DNA from: Klebsormidium nitens
Lineage: Eukaryota > Plantae > Klebsormidiophyceae
DNA: 64,000 nt
NCBI GenBank assembly: GCA_000708835.1
Contig: DF237304.1
Span: forward strand, 31,005-95,004
Reading direction: 5' to 3'
The translations under genes were made by a program, and so were the position numbers. Under the pieces are notes generated by a model that was not told where the DNA came from, did not search any database, and saw nothing but the letters and a program-made list of their open reading frames with translations. Every line of letters starts with the position of its first letter. Within the stretch, counting starts at the first letter, position 1. Below, piece by piece: positions 63,130 to 64,000 of the stretch.

Positions 63130-64000
63130 ATGGATGCACATAGCAACTATTTTGACGCTCTGAGCGATGAACTGTTGGAGTGCATTTTCGAGAAACTCTT
63201 GTGGAATCCTCAAGAGTTTGCCAGGGGCGCGGCACAAGGCTCGCGAGAGACTGTGGCTGGAGGCAGTCTGCAAAAGGTTCCAAAGGCTAGTGCACACGTC
63301 CGGGTATCTGGATTGGAAATTCGACAAGCCTGAGGATGGGAACGCATTCTTGTGTTACATGGTGCGCCAACGAAAATGTACAAGGCTCTTGACAAAGGTG
63401 GCTTTGGATGTTGAGACGTCAGTGCAGTTGGTAGCGATCCTCCAGTCAGTCATTTTTGCAGCCCAGGACAGCCTTGAGGAGCTTCACTTGTTCGTAGGGC
63501 GTCTTGTCCTACAGGATGCAGTCAGTTGGGAACACATTTTCCTTCTCCTTGCTGCGGTGGAAAGGCTCCGCATTCTGGACATATTCCTTTGGGGAGAAGA
63601 ACATAGGCGGCGGTCGCTGGTGGCTTTGAGCACATTCTGGTTCCCAAAACCCTTCGAAAACCTGCAGTCCCTCACACTGTACGGCTTTGCCATCCCCAGT
63701 GATCAATCTGGCGCACTCTTGAAAAGCTTCCCAGTGTTAAAAGCCTTGGAGCTTCATTCATACGTGGGCGAAACCTGTGCCCTTGAGGAAAGACTGTTGG
63801 AGAAAGCTTTCTGGTGGGGCAACCAAAAAGCTTGCATTGATGTAGCAAATCCAGAAAGAGTTAGTCTGCCGAGAAGCCTTGAAAAAGTGGTGGCGCTGTT
63901 GGGGAGCAGAATTCTGGTTGTAAGCCAGACGGCTGCAGTGACACTGCGCACTCTGTCAGATAGCGCCGATGCTCGGAAAGCCATAGGTTCCTGGGACTCT
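63130..64000 (+). pseudogene. Head-to-head paralog of the F-box/LRR/ARM gene with a frameshift near 63225-63245; runs off the window
   Basis: MDAHSNYFDALSDELLECIFEKLLWNP, then after a net +7-nt insertion relative to the paralog: ERLWLEAVCKRFQRLV...AAQDSLEELHLF...PKPFENLQSLTLYGF...FWWGN...PRSLEKVVALL, open to base 64000. Confidence 0.75.

Noticed and set aside
1-64000. tRNA, rRNA, snRNA or viral genes
   Set aside because: No cloverleaf with A/B boxes, rRNA-like tract or viral hallmark motif was recognised by eye; a covariance-model scan would be needed to exclude small ncRNAs.

Overview
Intron-rich eukaryotic genomic DNA with GC-rich exons and GT-AG introns. Gene content (plastid transit peptides, an NDH J-like subunit, a flagellar CFAP69, a BIM-type bHLH) points to a streptophyte green alga of the Klebsormidium type; this is inference, not a database match. 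Genes built by hand from splice signals and translation: 3' part of CFAP69 (+), a DENN-domain Rab GEF (+), a bHLH factor (+), an NdhT/NdhU-like plastid J-like protein (+), adenylosuccinate synthetase (-), cyclophilin H/CYP22 (+), an intronless F-box/LRR/ARM gene (-) and a frameshifted head-to-head paralog (+). The standout is a 16-17 exon model at 43740-55144 that joins a putative transit peptide, two cyclic-nucleotide-binding (CNB) domains and a complete cyanobacterial-ACO-type carotenoid cleavage oxygenase in one frame (about 982 aa), suggesting a cAMP/cGMP-regulated apocarotenoid-producing enzyme; the fusion needs transcript confirmation. A second window-wide pattern is that many introns contain degenerate tandem echoes of the adjacent exon-intron junction. 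There are also two clear MITEs, a probable hAT relic, a long intronic foldback and several decayed coding relics. No CRISPR array, rRNA or tRNA was recognised.
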